In this document: piece by piece, positions 41,927-53,224 of the stretch | Position numbering within the stretch: the first letter of the stretch is position 1 | Layout of the letters: every line of letters starts with the position of its first letter | Origin: Escherichia coli 042 | Lineage (GTDB): Bacteria; Pseudomonadota; Gammaproteobacteria; Enterobacterales; Enterobacteriaceae | Assembly: GCF_000027125.1 (NCBI RefSeq) | Contig: NC_017626.1 | Reading direction: 5' to 3' (one strand) | Length of the DNA: 64,000 nt | Translations under genes and position numbers: made by a program | The notes under the pieces: model-generated | Told to the model about the DNA's origin: nothing | The model's database searches: none | Seen by the model: the letters and a program-made list of their open reading frames with translations, nothing else

Positions 41927-43751
41927 ATTTGAGCTTAAGGCGTTGATCACCGGTGTCGACAGGCTTTCTCCCGCGCTGTCGAAAATGCAAAAGAAAATCC
42001 GGGGATTTAAACGCCAGGCGGAAGAAGCGTCACAGGGTGGGCTGGCGCTTGGTGGCGGACTGGCAGCGGGGCTGACGCTTTCCCTGAAATCTTATGCCGA
42101 TCAGGAAAACGCCGCTACCGGGCTGAAAGTCGCCATGATGGATGCGAACGGCGAGGTTGGAAAGCGCTTTCAGGACATCAATAAACTGGCTATTGGCCTG
42201 GGTAACCAGCTACCCGGTACAACGGCTGATTTCCAGAACATGATGCAGATGCTGGTGCGTCAGGGGATCCCGGCAGAAAACATCCTGGGTGGTGTGGGTA
42301 AAGCGACAGCTTATCTTGCGGTACAACTGAAAAAAACACCGGAAGCGGCTGCTGAGTTTGCTGCAAAGATGCAGGATGCTACCGGAACGGCTTCAGAAGA
42401 CATGATGGGGCTGTTCGACACTATCCAGAAGGCGTTTTATCTGGGCGTTGACGATACCAACATGTTGTCCTTCTTCACTAAAACCAGTTCTGTTCTGAAG
42501 ATGGTGAACAAGGACGGTCTTCAGGCTGCACAGAGCCTTGCCCCTATCAGCGTCATGATGGATCAGATGGGGATGAACGGGGAGTCGGCAGGTAATGCCC
42601 TGCGAAAAGTTATCCAGTCCGGATTAAGCGTTAAGAAAATCAGGGACGTCAATAAAGTCATGGCCCGCCAGAAACTCGGGGTACAGCTCGATTTTACTGA
42701 CGGCAAAGGGAGTTTTGGCGGTCTTGATAACATGTTTAAGCAACTGGCAAAGCTGCGAAAACTGACCGACGTTAAGCGAACAGGTGTACTTAAGGCAATA
42801 TTTGGTGATGATGCCGAAACCCTTCAGGTGGTCAATGCTCTGATCGATAAAGGAAAGGATGGTTACGATCAGATCCAGCAGAAGATGAATAAACAGGCCA
42901 GCCTGAATAAACGTGTTCAGGCACAGCTTGGTACGCTGTCCAACCTGTGGGAGGCAATGACGGGGACCGCAACTAACGGTCTTGCAGCTATTGGCGGCGC
43001 ATTTTCTGGTGACGCTAAAAATATCACGCAATGGTTGGGGGCGTTGGGGGAAAAATTCACGAAGTTTGCGGATGAAAATCCCCGGGTTATTCGCGGCGTC
43101 GTCGGGCTTGCTGCCGGTCTTGCGATTCTGAAACTGGGATTGATGGGCGTTGGCGGTGCCATCAGTATTGTCAGCAGGATCATGTCGATGACGCCGATTG
43201 GCATGATTGCGACGGCGATAGCCCTGGCTGCGGGATTAATTATCACTAACTGGGATGTTGTCGGACCTTATTTTAAGAAACTCTGGGAAACCATTGGTCC
43301 TTATTTTGAGGCTGGCTGGGAACTCCTAAAGAAAGTTTTTGCCTGGTCGCCGCTGGGGATGGTGATCAATAACTGGGGACCGGTTGTTAAGTGGTTTCAG
43401 GATATGTGGGACAAGCTGAAGCCAATTATTGAGTGGTTTACCGACAGTTCCGGTGACACGGTCGATGCCATTAACTCTGCGCAGTGGGGCGCGGGTGCTT
43501 ATGATGCTTATGGGACGGGAATACCGGCGCGGGGATACACACCTTATCCGGCGGTGGATCCGGCTCAGTCAAACAACGCCTCCGATGCCACAGGCCCGAA
43601 TCCCTTCATGATTAACAAAGCTTCTGCGCCAAAAGTTGATGGCGAGATCAAGGTTTCATTTATGAATATGCCACCAGGTATGCGGGTTACGGAAACACGT
43701 TCCAGTGGCATTGATATTAATCACGATGTTGGGTACACCAGATTTAGGTAA
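41919..43751 (+). CDS. Tail tape measure protein
   Basis: 610 aa, Ala/Gly-rich helical with TM-like segments. Confidence 0.88.
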   Translation: MAEFELKALITGVDRLSPALSKMQKKIRGFKRQAEEASQGGLALGGGLAAGLTLSLKSYADQENAATGLKVAMMDANGEVGKRFQDINKLAIGLGNQLPGTTADFQNMMQMLVRQGIPAENILGGVGKATAYLAVQLKKTPEAAAEFAAKMQDATGTASEDMMGLFDTIQKAFYLGVDDTNMLSFFTKTSSVLKMVNKDGLQAAQSLAPISVMMDQMGMNGESAGNALRKVIQSGLSVKKIRDVNKVMARQKLGVQLDFTDGKGSFGGLDNMFKQLAKLRKLTDVKRTGVLKAIFGDDAETLQVVNALIDKGKDGYDQIQQKMNKQASLNKRVQAQLGTLSNLWEAMTGTATNGLAAIGGAFSGDAKNITQWLGALGEKFTKFADENPRVIRGVVGLAAGLAILKLGLMGVGGAISIVSRIMSMTPIGMIATAIALAAGLIITNWDVVGPYFKKLWETIGPYFEAGWELLKKVFAWSPLGMVINNWGPVVKWFQDMWDKLKPIIEWFTDSSGDTVDAINSAQWGAGAYDAYGTGIPARGYTPYPAVDPAQSNNASDATGPNPFMINKASAPKVDGEIKVSFMNMPPGMRVTETRSSGIDINHDVGYTRFR

Positions 43752-43781
43752 AGACGAACAGGGAGGGCCGCCCTCCCTGAA

Positions 43782-44193
43782 CTTACTGTGCGAACACGCA
43801 ATTTCGGCCTGATGGGGAGCCGACAATTCTGGACATTTTTTCGCAAATAACAGTTACTTGTTCTCCTTTTTTAAGAGCAGCAGCTGTTGATTTTTCAGAG
43901 TCTTGCATCTCCATTCTTGCTGGCATGAATTCATTTTCAGTTCTGAATTTAATAATTATAGAGTCAGTAAAGTCCTTATCAATGGATTGTACGATACCTC
44001 TAACGGCGATTAATTTACCTTTTAACTGTTCATCGGTAGCGACTTCATTTTCTTCATACTCTTTAAACAGCTGTCGAGCAGTAGTGTTGTAGATTTCTTT
44101 TTGCGGTGCCGCAGCTTCCGTATCGGATGAGTATGAAGAATTAGAGCCTTTATCGTTACCAGTAAATATTACTACTGATAATAAATATGGGAC
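43782..44193 (-). pseudogene. Decayed OB-fold-like gene (no start codon, one frameshift) in an AT-rich island
   Basis: Minus-strand reading frame split between two frames around an A-run near 43980; no ATG/GTG/TTG in the upstream part. Confidence 0.4.
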
Positions 44194-44197
44194 TTAT

Positions 44198-45523
44198 ATG
44201 ACGTGGAAAGACAGACTTCAGGACGCGTCATTTCGCGGCGTGCCGTTTAAGGTTGAAGAAGAAAGTGCGGGAACCGGTCGCCGTGTGGAAACACATGAAT
44301 ACCCGAACCGCGACAAACCCTATACCGAAGACCTGGGGAAAATCACTTTTCGCCCGTCCATCACGGCTTATGTGGTGGGAGATGACTGCTTTGACCAGCG
44401 CGATCGCCTGATTGACGCGCTGAATAAACCCGGTCCCGGCACGCTTGTCCATCCGACATACGGTGAGCTGAAAGTCTGTGTTGACGGAGAAGTTCGGGTC
44501 AGCACATCGAAGAGTGAAGGGCGTATTGTCCGCTTTGACCTGAAGTTTGTCGAAGCGGGAGAACTCTCTTACCCCACTTCAGGTGCGGCGACGGCGCAGA
44601 CGCTGATGTCATCCTGTTCTGCACTGGATGACTGCATCAGTGACAGCTTCAGAGGTTTCAGTATCGATGGCGTGGCGGATTTCGTGCAGAACGACGTCGT
44701 CGGTAATGTCAGCACAATGCTTGGGTATGTTTCTGATGCGATGAAAGTGGTGGATTCTGCCGTATCGGATGCTGCCAGGCTGTTGCAGGGGGATATCTCG
44801 GTACTTCTGCCGCCACCATCGTCAGGCAAAAATCTCGTTGAGCAGGTGCAGAAAATGTGGCGTACCGGGAAACGCCTTTATGGTAACGCCAGCGACCTGG
44901 TCACCATGATCAAAACGCTTTCCGGTGTCAGCCTCGGCAGCGATCTGCAACCGCGCGGCGTCTGGAAAACGGACAGTAAAACCACCGCCACGGCTACGCA
45001 GCAGCGTAACGTGGTTGCCAGCACCCTTCGTACGACCGCAATCAGCGAAGCGGCGTATGCCGTCACCCGATTGCCTGCGCCAACAACTTCCGCGGTGATG
45101 CAGAATGCCGCAGTGGGGCAGGCAACAACACCTGCGCAGAGCACTGGCTGGCCTTCCGTCACGCATCCGGCACTGAACAATGCACCGACGGTGAAAAACA
45201 CAGTTGACCTGCCGACGTGGGAAGAACTGACTGACATTCGCGACACACTGAATACGGCAATTGATAAGGAGTTGTCCCGTACAACCAGTGATGCGCTGTT
45301 TCTGGCGCTGCGCCGGGTGAAAGCAGATCTGAATGCGGATATCAACACGCGCCTTGAACAGTCTGCACGGATCATTCAGCGCACGCCGGATGAGGTTTTA
45401 CCCGCGCTGGTGCTGGCGGCGACCTGGTTTGATAACGCGGCGCGTGACGCGGACATTATCCGGCGTAATGCCATTACGCATCCCGGATTTGTGCCGGTGA
45501 TCCCTCTGAAGGTGCCAGTGTAA
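44198..45523 (+). CDS. Mu N-like DNA circularisation/tail protein
   Basis: 441 aa; N-terminus WKDRLQDASFRGVPFKVEE...HEYPNRDKPY; position after tape measure. Confidence 0.75.
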   Translation: MTWKDRLQDASFRGVPFKVEEESAGTGRRVETHEYPNRDKPYTEDLGKITFRPSITAYVVGDDCFDQRDRLIDALNKPGPGTLVHPTYGELKVCVDGEVRVSTSKSEGRIVRFDLKFVEAGELSYPTSGAATAQTLMSSCSALDDCISDSFRGFSIDGVADFVQNDVVGNVSTMLGYVSDAMKVVDSAVSDAARLLQGDISVLLPPPSSGKNLVEQVQKMWRTGKRLYGNASDLVTMIKTLSGVSLGSDLQPRGVWKTDSKTTATATQQRNVVASTLRTTAISEAAYAVTRLPAPTTSAVMQNAAVGQATTPAQSTGWPSVTHPALNNAPTVKNTVDLPTWEELTDIRDTLNTAIDKELSRTTSDALFLALRRVKADLNADINTRLEQSARIIQRTPDEVLPALVLAATWFDNAARDADIIRRNAITHPGFVPVIPLKVPV

Positions 45524-46602
45524 TGAACGATAACGTCACGCTACGGGTAAATGGCCGGGAGTGGAATGGCTGGACATCGGTGCGCATCGGTGCCGGTGTT
45601 GAACGACTGGCGCGGGATTTCAGTGTGGAGATCACTCGCCAGTGGCCGGGAGATGAGGGTATCACCACGCTTCAGCCGCGCATTAAAAACGGTTCAAAAG
45701 TGGAAGTGCTGATTGGTGATGAGCTGGTGATCACCGGCTGGGTGGAGGCGACTCCCGTTCGTTACGATGCCCGTTCGGTCAGCACCGGTATTGCCGGACG
45801 TAGTCTGACGGCTGACCTGATTGACTGTGCAGCCGAACCGACACAGTTTAACGGACGCTCGCTGGTGCAGATTGCGCAGGCGCTTGCTGCGCCTTTCGGC
45901 ATTGAGGTGGTGAACAGCGGTGCGCCGTCGGGTGTTATTCCTGATGTTCAGCCTGATCACGGTGAAACGGTGATTGAGGTAATCAACAAAATACTCGGTC
46001 AGCAGCAGGCGCTGGCTTATGACGACCCGCACGGCAGGCTGGTGATTGGTGGTATTGGCTCAACGCGGGCACATACCGCGCTGGTACTCGGGGAAAACAT
46101 CCTTTCCTGCGATACGGAGAAGAGTATCCGGGAGCGGTTTTCTGTTTACCAGGTGGCGGGGCAGCGTGCCGGAAACGACGATGATTTCGGTGAGGCCACC
46201 ACCACCGCGCTGCGGGCCCGCACAGAGGACGCATTTATTGCCCGTTACCGTCCGATGTATATCAGGCAGACAGGACAGGCTACGGGGGCTGGCTGTATTG
46301 CCCGTGCGGACTTTGAAGCCCGACAACGGGCGGCGCGGACGGATGAAACCACCTATGTGGTGCAGGGCTGGCGACAGGGTAACGGTACGCTGTGGCAGCC
46401 CAACCAGCGGGTGATTGTCTTTGATCCGGTCTGTGGTTTCGACAACACCGAACTGCTTGTTTCGGAAGTCACGTTTACTCAGGACCAGAACGGCACCCTG
46501 ACGGAAATCCGTGTCGGCCCACCAGATGCTTATCTGCCTGAACCCGAAGCCCCCGGCGCGCGGAAAAAGAAAAAAGCCAGAGTACAGGAGGACCCGTTCT
46601 GA
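45523..46602 (+). CDS. Baseplate hub protein (Mu P-like)
   Basis: 359 aa in Mu-like baseplate gene order. Confidence 0.7.
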   Translation: MNDNVTLRVNGREWNGWTSVRIGAGVERLARDFSVEITRQWPGDEGITTLQPRIKNGSKVEVLIGDELVITGWVEATPVRYDARSVSTGIAGRSLTADLIDCAAEPTQFNGRSLVQIAQALAAPFGIEVVNSGAPSGVIPDVQPDHGETVIEVINKILGQQQALAYDDPHGRLVIGGIGSTRAHTALVLGENILSCDTEKSIRERFSVYQVAGQRAGNDDDFGEATTTALRARTEDAFIARYRPMYIRQTGQATGAGCIARADFEARQRAARTDETTYVVQGWRQGNGTLWQPNQRVIVFDPVCGFDNTELLVSEVTFTQDQNGTLTEIRVGPPDAYLPEPEAPGARKKKKARVQEDPF

Positions 46603-47150
46603 TGAGGACGATTGAAGCCATGCAGCGACAACTCCTCGGCCTGATTGGGCGGGCCGTGGTGAAAAGCATCAGTGCCGCCACGAAATGTCAGACCGTGGAT
46701 GTGTCCCTGATTGCCGGTGAACCCAAAGCCGGGGTTGAACATCTTGAACCCTACGGTTTTACTGCAAGGGCAAACATCGGTGCGGAAGCGGTGGTGTTGT
46801 TTCCGGATGGCGACCGTTCTCATGCGGTGGTTGTTACGGTGTCGGACCGTCGCTACCGCCTGAAAGGGCTGCAGACGGGGGAGGTGGCTGTCTATGACGA
46901 TCAGGGGCAGTCCGTGACGCTGACCCGGGAGGGGATTGTGGTGGACGGTGCAGGTAAAACGATCACGTTTCGCAATGCACCTGAAGCACGTTTTGAAATG
47001 GACCTGGAAGTGACAGGACAGGTGAAAGACCTGTGCGACTCCGGCGGCACCACCATGTCAGCGATGCGGCTTGCCTATAACGGGCATCGTCACAGAGAGA
47101 ACGGTCAGGGCAGTAACACCGACAAACCTGATAAATCGATGGAGGCATGA
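46602..47150 (+). CDS. Baseplate spike/assembly protein V-like
   Basis: 182 aa. Confidence 0.7.
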   Translation: MRTIEAMQRQLLGLIGRAVVKSISAATKCQTVDVSLIAGEPKAGVEHLEPYGFTARANIGAEAVVLFPDGDRSHAVVVTVSDRRYRLKGLQTGEVAVYDDQGQSVTLTREGIVVDGAGKTITFRNAPEARFEMDLEVTGQVKDLCDSGGTTMSAMRLAYNGHRHRENGQGSNTDKPDKSMEA

Positions 47151-47575
47151 TGGAACTGTGGCTGACGGTGAACGGTAAACGCACCTGCGCCAGCGCACCG
47201 CTGGATCCGCTGACCCGCGCCGTGGTGATTTCCCTGTTTACCTGGCGGCGGGCGGAGCCTGATGACAATGCCGACGTCCCGATGGGATGGTGGGGGGATA
47301 CCTGGCCTGAGGTACAGAATGACCGTTACGGCTCCCGACTGTGGCTGCTTCAGCGCAGCAAACTGACCAATCAACTGGTGCAGACGGTAAGGGGGTATAT
47401 CCGCGAATGCCTGCAATGGATGATTGATGACGGCGTGGTGTCCCGTATTGATCTGGATATCCGCCGCACCGGGATTAATGAACTGGGTAACAGTATCACT
47501 CTCTGGCGTCGTGACGGACCGGTAATGATTTCTTTTGATGATCTGTGGAGTGCGATAACGCATGGCGGACAGTGA
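47147..47575 (+). CDS. Baseplate protein (Mu gp46 / W-like)
   Basis: 142 aa. Confidence 0.65.
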   Translation: MMELWLTVNGKRTCASAPLDPLTRAVVISLFTWRRAEPDDNADVPMGWWGDTWPEVQNDRYGSRLWLLQRSKLTNQLVQTVRGYIRECLQWMIDDGVVSRIDLDIRRTGINELGNSITLWRRDGPVMISFDDLWSAITHGGQ

Positions 47576-48620
47576 ATTTCAGCGCCCGACGCTGGCAGAA
47601 AATATCAGTATGCTCCGTAACGATTTATTCGCCAGGCTGGACGTCAGCGACACGCTCCGGCGCATGGATGAAGACGTGCGGGCAAAGGTGTATGCGGCGG
47701 CGCTGCATACGGTTTACGGGTACATCGATTATCTGGCAATGAACATGCTGCCTGACCTGTGCGATGAGTCCTGGCTGGCGCGACATGCTGCGATGAAACG
47801 GTGTCCGCGCAAGGGGGCCACGGCTGCCAGCGGGTATATGCGCTGGGAAGGTGTCAGCGATGGCCTGAAGGTGACCGCCGGAAGTGTTATTCAGCGCGAT
47901 GACCTGGTTCAGTACACGGCAACTGCCGATGCAACCAGCACCGGTGGTGTCCTGCGCGTGCCGATCGCCTGCTCAAGTGCAGGCGCGGTCGGTAACGCTG
48001 ACGACGGTACGTCATTAATCCTGGTCACGCCGGTTAATGGTCTGCCGTCTTCCGGCGAGGCAGATACCCTGACAGGTGGATTTGATACTGAAGAGCTGGA
48101 AACGTGGCGCGCCCGCGTCATTGAGCGGTATTACTGGACGCCTCAGGGCGGGGCTGACGGGGACTATGTCGTCTGGGCTAAAGAAGTGCCCGGCATTACC
48201 CGCGCATGGACATACCGACACTGGATGGGAACGGGGACTGTCGGTGTGATGATTGCCAGCAGTGACCTGATTAACCCCATTCCGGAAGAATCAACGGAAA
48301 CGGCGGCAAGACAACATATCGAGCCACTGGCCCCGGTGGCAGGCTCTGATTTGTATGTATTCAGGCCGGTGGCGCACAAAGTGGATTTTCATATCCGCGT
48401 GACGCCGGACACACCGGAAATACGGGCTGCCATCACCGCGGAGTTGCGTTCATTCCTGCTGCGTGATGGTTATCCGCAGGGAGAGCTTAAGGTATCGCGT
48501 ATCAGTGAAGCGATTTCCGGTGCGAACGGGGAATACAGCCATCAGTTGCTTGCTCCGGCGGACAATATCTCCATTGCAAAAAATGAACTGGCGGTTCTGG
48601 GGACGATTTCATGGACGTGA
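47562..48620 (+). CDS. Baseplate J-like protein
   Basis: 352 aa. Confidence 0.75.
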   Translation: MADSEFQRPTLAENISMLRNDLFARLDVSDTLRRMDEDVRAKVYAAALHTVYGYIDYLAMNMLPDLCDESWLARHAAMKRCPRKGATAASGYMRWEGVSDGLKVTAGSVIQRDDLVQYTATADATSTGGVLRVPIACSSAGAVGNADDGTSLILVTPVNGLPSSGEADTLTGGFDTEELETWRARVIERYYWTPQGGADGDYVVWAKEVPGITRAWTYRHWMGTGTVGVMIASSDLINPIPEESTETAARQHIEPLAPVAGSDLYVFRPVAHKVDFHIRVTPDTPEIRAAITAELRSFLLRDGYPQGELKVSRISEAISGANGEYSHQLLAPADNISIAKNELAVLGTISWT

Positions 48621-49195
48621 CAAACGATGATTACATCCGTCTGTTGTCGGCACTGTTGCCCCCTGGTCCGGCGTGGTCAGCCAGCGATCCGGCGATTGCC
48701 GGTGCGGCACCGTCATTAACCCGTGCTCATCAGCGTGCGGATGCCCTGATGCGGGAGCTGGATCCGCGCACCACCACCGAACTGATAAACCGCTGGGAGC
48801 GTCTGTGCGGCCTGCCGGATGAATGTATTCCGGCAGGGACGCAGACCCTTCGCCAGCGTCAGCAACGGCTGGATGCGAAGGTTAACCTGGCGGGTGGCAT
48901 CAATGAGGATTTTTACCTTGCGCAGCTTGCTGCCCTGGGCAGACCAGATGCCACCATCACGCGATACGACAAAAGCACGTTCACCTGCTCATCGGCCTGT
49001 ACTGACGCGGTGAATGCGCCGGAATGGCGGTATTACTGGCAGGTCAATATGCCAGCTGCCACCAACACCACCTGGATGACATGTGGCGATCCCTGTGATT
49101 CCGCACTGCGTATCTGGGGGGACACCGTTGTCGAGTGCGTGCTTAACAAACTCTGCCCGTCGCATACCTACGTAATTTTTAAATATCCGGAGTAA
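48611..49195 (+). CDS. Tail protein (Mu gp48 / P2 I-like)
   Basis: 194 aa. Confidence 0.65.
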   Translation: MDVTNDDYIRLLSALLPPGPAWSASDPAIAGAAPSLTRAHQRADALMRELDPRTTTELINRWERLCGLPDECIPAGTQTLRQRQQRLDAKVNLAGGINEDFYLAQLAALGRPDATITRYDKSTFTCSSACTDAVNAPEWRYYWQVNMPAATNTTWMTCGDPCDSALRIWGDTVVECVLNKLCPSHTYVIFKYPE

Positions 49196-49198
49196 TTC

Positions 49199-50131
49199 AT
49201 GCATCGTATAGACACGAAAACCGCGCAGAAGGATAAGTTCGGCGCGGGTAAGAACGGTTTTACCCGTGGTAACCCCCAGACCGGCACGCCTGCCACCGAT
49301 CTGGATGATGACTACTTTGACATGTTGCAGGAGGAGCTTTGCAGCGTGGTGGAGGCATCCGGTGCCAGCCTGGAGAAGGGGCGGCATGACCAGTTGCTTA
49401 CAGCGCTTCGTGAGCTGCTGTTAAGCCGCAAGAATCCGTTTGGCGATATCAAATCGGATGGCACGGTGAAAACGGCTCTCGAAAACCTTGGTTTGGGAGA
49501 TGGCTCGGGGCGTTACAGCAAAACTGTCGTTTTTTCATCGTCGGGTTCATATACGTGGCCAGCTGACGTAAAACGAATTGACGTTATTCTGACTGCGGCG
49601 GGCGGCGGTGGCGGTGGATGTAACGCGGAGAACGCAAATCAGACATTTTCAGGGGCTGGCGGAGGAGCCGGAGGTACTGTTTTTGCCACTATTTATGCGA
49701 CAGACAACGATGCCGGGCCAGGAACCTATACAGTGACAATTGGCAGCGGTGGTAGTGGTGCCAATGGGGCAGGGTCTGGAAATAATGGCGGTAATAGTTC
49801 GTTCATGACATTAACTGCGCTCGGCGGCCAGGGTGGGCAATGGGGCGGCGCTACAAATACCGCTGGCGGGCGCGGTGGCTCAGGCTCTGGCGGTTATAAA
49901 ACTGAACAAGGCGGAGACGGTTCAGACGGACAGGCGGGCCAGGCGCTATTAGTAGGCAATGGGGCATCGAGCTATTGGGGTGGCGGCGGCCGCGCTGGGC
50001 AACTGAGCGGTAATCCTGGAGTTTGCTCTGGCTCCGGCGGCGGGGGTGCATACGATAATAGCTATTCACACACGTCAGGACGTGGCGGGCACGGAGCTAA
50101 TGGCGTGCTGGTAATTCGGGAGTACATGTAA
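49199..50131 (+). CDS. Tail fiber protein with glycine-rich C-terminal domain
   Basis: 310 aa; conserved N-terminal region then Gly-rich low-complexity C-terminus. Confidence 0.8.
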   Translation: MHRIDTKTAQKDKFGAGKNGFTRGNPQTGTPATDLDDDYFDMLQEELCSVVEASGASLEKGRHDQLLTALRELLLSRKNPFGDIKSDGTVKTALENLGLGDGSGRYSKTVVFSSSGSYTWPADVKRIDVILTAAGGGGGGCNAENANQTFSGAGGGAGGTVFATIYATDNDAGPGTYTVTIGSGGSGANGAGSGNNGGNSSFMTLTALGGQGGQWGGATNTAGGRGGSGSGGYKTEQGGDGSDGQAGQALLVGNGASSYWGGGGRAGQLSGNPGVCSGSGGGGAYDNSYSHTSGRGGHGANGVLVIREYM

Positions 50132-50536
50132 ATGAATGATGTTTATGCAGTTGTTGATAATAACGTTGTTATTAATGTCATTATCTGGGACGGAATTTCT
50201 GAATGGAAACCAGAGGCTGGTAATTTAGTTCCGTTAAACGGCGATGCTGGCATCGGTTGGTCATATTCAGACGGAGTATTTACCGCGCCACCTCCCCCAG
50301 AACGCTCTCACAACGCGTTAGTTGCGGAGGCTGAGCTGCAGAAATCAGCACTACTGACCGTAGCAAATAACGCAATAGCACCGCTGCAGGATGCCGTTGA
50401 TTTGGAAATGGCGACAGACGATGAACAGACGTTACTGCTGGCGTGGAAAAAATACAGGGTACTGCTGAACCGTGTTGATACCTCAGCGGCACCCGAAATA
50501 GAGTGGCCTACGCAACCGGGGGAGCGGGCCAGTTGA
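50132..50536 (+). CDS. Tail fiber assembly chaperone (Tfa)
   Basis: 134 aa with Tfa C-terminal motif [28 protein letters not shown]. Confidence 0.8.
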   Translation: MNDVYAVVDNNVVINVIIWDGISEWKPEAGNLVPLNGDAGIGWSYSDGVFTAPPPPERSHNALVAEAELQKSALLTVANNAIAPLQDAVDLEMATDDEQTLLLAWKKYRVLLNRVDTSAAPEIEWPTQPGERAS

Positions 50537-50657
50537 TATCAGGCGCAGGGGCAGCATCAACTGCTGTCACTGCGTCGATGTAGTCGAGTACCGCATTCAG
50601 CCGCCTTTTTTCATCATCAGTCAGTTTGCGGCCTACACCTCTCCGTTGACATCTTTG
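50511..50657 (-). pseudogene. Relic of a second, inverted tail-fiber-assembly gene (C-terminal 49 codons, no start)
   Basis: Minus-strand open frame ...[39 protein letters not shown] mirrors the Tfa C-terminal motif; overlaps tfa 3' end convergently. Confidence 0.45.
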
Positions 50658-50834
50658 TTATATGGTACAACTGCGCAGAGGCCTGTCTCTCCAACTGTGC
50701 CAGTTGAATACTACGATACAACGCTCGGCCTTCCTATTTGGTGGAACATAACCACATCCACATGGAAAAGAGCTGATGGTGCAGATGTATAATTCTGGTG
50801 CCGCGCATGCGGCACCAATAAAAAACATATTAAA

Positions 50835-52310
50835 CTAAAGTGAATCTATTCCATTTTTCCAAATAAGAACTTTTTTGTCTTGTATTTTATGAGTGCTATC
50901 AGGCTGCCCAAACTGTTTTATGGCCTTTTCCTCTTGCTCTACATCATCAGCAATTAAAAAATTAGCTCCTTTTTGGTACCATTCTTTTTTTGATAACCAA
51001 TTATATGGTGTGAATCTATCACCATACGACTCAAATGGAGCTACGTTGATATCACTAAATCCAGCAACAGATGATGCAAACCAAAATGATGCATAACCTC
51101 TTTGTAGTTTATTTTTTATTAAGAAATCTCTTAATTCTATTGTAATATCATTTTTATTAACAATGTTTTTTGTTGTTGCCATCGTTGGCAACGATAACGC
51201 AATAACGATTAATGATATTAGTAAATTTGTCTTCACTGGTAAGGAGAAAGAATTTCTAGCAATCACAATTGACATGAAAATAAATGTTGGGACTATGTAT
51301 CTAATTGAGAAAAGATTTGTTGGCCTGTCACTTGAAACATAGGCAATCAACATGACTAATGATGATACAATAAGAACCTGGTCAATAAAATCAATTTCTT
51401 TAAATTTAAGAATGTTTTTATAAGATAAAAATAAGAATACAAAAATGAAAAACACCTTTATCATGGTGAATAATGAGTTAAAGCTACCTATCTCCATTCC
51501 AAACGCGTACCCACCAAAAAATTTGAATACGCCCATGATAACAAGAGATATGTTGCTTGTTATTTGTTGAAACTCTACTATGTGAGGTTTGGTTATGCCT
51601 GGCAGGTTAAATCCACCAAGCTTAATGAATATAAATGATATGATCTCAGCAATAAATATAGATGATATAGTGAAAACCAACAATAACAAATCATTAGTAT
51701 TCAACGAATCTCTTTTCATTAGAGAAGCATACATTCTATATATGCAAACAAAAACTATAGGTATTATAAAGGCATATTTAGATATATCATCACTAAAAAC
51801 AAGCAACGATAACATAAATACATATGGAAAAAGTAATTTTAAATCATTTTTCTTTCTGTATCTATCTATTATTAGTATGATCGCCAGCATGTAAATGTAC
51901 GCACCAATATGTATACATGCTATAAGCATTATACTTGATGAGAAAACCGTTGGAATTCCAAATACAGAAAGAACAGGCCATAACGATGCCCTACTTTTAG
52001 TATGAGAGATATATAGCGATAGTGTTACTAATATAGACATGAAAACTCCAGGCACAATATAGTACAGATTTTCATTAAATCCTATTATTTTTATCGCTAT
52101 AGCATATGGTATTATTTCTGTGAAATAGAATGATACAGTTGATAAATCCCACCCACTGAGAAAAATATTTCCTTCAGTAATATCCCTTGCCTCTCTGAAT
52201 GAAGACATGACATCTGAGTTTGGAATTATGTTTTTAGCAATCATTGAGTAAATTATTGATAATACAATAAATGTTGCCAGCCAATATAAAAGCTCAAGCT
52301 TCTTGCTCAT
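50835..52310 (-). CDS. Serotype-specific O-antigen glucosyltransferase (GtrC-type)
   Basis: 491-aa polytopic membrane protein, strongly AT-rich, downstream of gtrA-gtrB in same operon. Confidence 0.75.
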   Translation of the reverse strand: MSKKLELLYWLATFIVLSIIYSMIAKNIIPNSDVMSSFREARDITEGNIFLSGWDLSTVSFYFTEIIPYAIAIKIIGFNENLYYIVPGVFMSILVTLSLYISHTKSRASLWPVLSVFGIPTVFSSSIMLIACIHIGAYIYMLAIILIIDRYRKKNDLKLLFPYVFMLSLLVFSDDISKYAFIIPIVFVCIYRMYASLMKRDSLNTNDLLLLVFTISSIFIAEIISFIFIKLGGFNLPGITKPHIVEFQQITSNISLVIMGVFKFFGGYAFGMEIGSFNSLFTMIKVFFIFVFLFLSYKNILKFKEIDFIDQVLIVSSLVMLIAYVSSDRPTNLFSIRYIVPTFIFMSIVIARNSFSLPVKTNLLISLIVIALSLPTMATTKNIVNKNDITIELRDFLIKNKLQRGYASFWFASSVAGFSDINVAPFESYGDRFTPYNWLSKKEWYQKGANFLIADDVEQEEKAIKQFGQPDSTHKIQDKKVLIWKNGIDSL

Positions 52311-53224
52311 TTTTTACCCTTAAGTACATACTTTGGACGCTGCTTAACTTCAATGTAAATTCTACCAATATACTCACCGAGCACTCCAATCCCAATTAAC
52401 TGGATGCCGCCAAGAAATAATATTGATACAAGAATTGAAGGGTATCCAGGTACATTATTACCAAAAATTAATTTATCAATTATCATCCATGAACCGTATG
52501 TAAATGATATACATGCAATAAATAACCCAATATAGGTCCACATGCGAAGCGGGAATGTTGAGAAGCTAGTGATCCCTTCCAGCGCCAAGTTCCATAGCTT
52601 CCATCCATTGAACTTTGTGCTTCCTGCAACGCGTTCTGCTCGCGCATATTCTACGACATCGGTTCGACCACCAACCCAGCTCAGCACACCCTTCATAAAC
52701 AGGTTTCGTTCTGGCATGAGCTTAATATTTTCTACTACTTCGCGAGACATGAGCCGGAAGTCGCCAACATTCTCTTCTATCTGAGGGTTGCTGATTTTGT
52801 TATGAAGTTTATAGAACCACTCAGCAGATTTACGCTTCAGCCTGCTGTCAGTGGAGCGGTCAGAGCGTTTAGCCAGAACCATATCTGCACCGGCCTGCCA
52901 TTTCTCTATCAAGTGAGGAATAACTTCGATAGGGTCTTGCAGATCAACGTCAATCGGGATAATTGCCTCCCCGGTAGCATGGTCCAGACCTGCGAACAGG
53001 GCGGGTTCTTTGCCGAAGTTACGTGTGAACGACAGCGAAACCACAAGCGGGTCGGCAACAGCGAGCTCGTTGATAATTGATTCTGTAGCGTCTTTGCTGC
53101 CATCGTTTATGAAGACTATCTCGACTTCATGCTGCTGAAGCCCTTCAAATTCGCGCACAGTTTTATAAAAAATAGGTATCGTGGCCTCTTCGTTAAAGAC
53201 CGGAACGACTAAAGAAATTTTCAT
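52307..53224 (-). CDS. gtrB: Bactoprenol glucosyltransferase GtrB
   Basis: 305 aa; GT2 N-terminal domain ([13 protein letters not shown]...DGSKD) plus C-terminal TM helices. Confidence 0.9.
   Translation of the reverse strand: MKISLVVPVFNEEATIPIFYKTVREFEGLQQHEVEIVFINDGSKDATESIINELAVADPLVVSLSFTRNFGKEPALFAGLDHATGEAIIPIDVDLQDPIEVIPHLIEKWQAGADMVLAKRSDRSTDSRLKRKSAEWFYKLHNKISNPQIEENVGDFRLMSREVVENIKLMPERNLFMKGVLSWVGGRTDVVEYARAERVAGSTKFNGWKLWNLALEGITSFSTFPLRMWTYIGLFIACISFTYGSWMIIDKLIFGNNVPGYPSILVSILFLGGIQLIGIGVLGEYIGRIYIEVKQRPKYVLKGKK

Noticed and set aside
43840-44190. An intact minus-strand OB-fold ORF in the tape-measure/N gap
   Set aside because: Careful re-indexing shows a frame break at the A-run near 43980 and no start codon; called a pseudogene instead.
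49560-50100. Glycine-codon-rich repetitive DNA in the tail fiber gene as a possible tandem repeat or CRISPR-like array
   Set aside because: It is a continuous protein-coding low-complexity region with no regular repeat-spacer periodicity. No CRISPR array is visible anywhere in the window.
50808-50827. GC-rich palindrome GGTGCCGCGCATGCGGCACC downstream of the gtr type gene as a terminator
   Set aside because: On the transcript that would use it the T-run lies before rather than after the hairpin, and on the other strand it is followed by an A-run; not a canonical intrinsic terminator.
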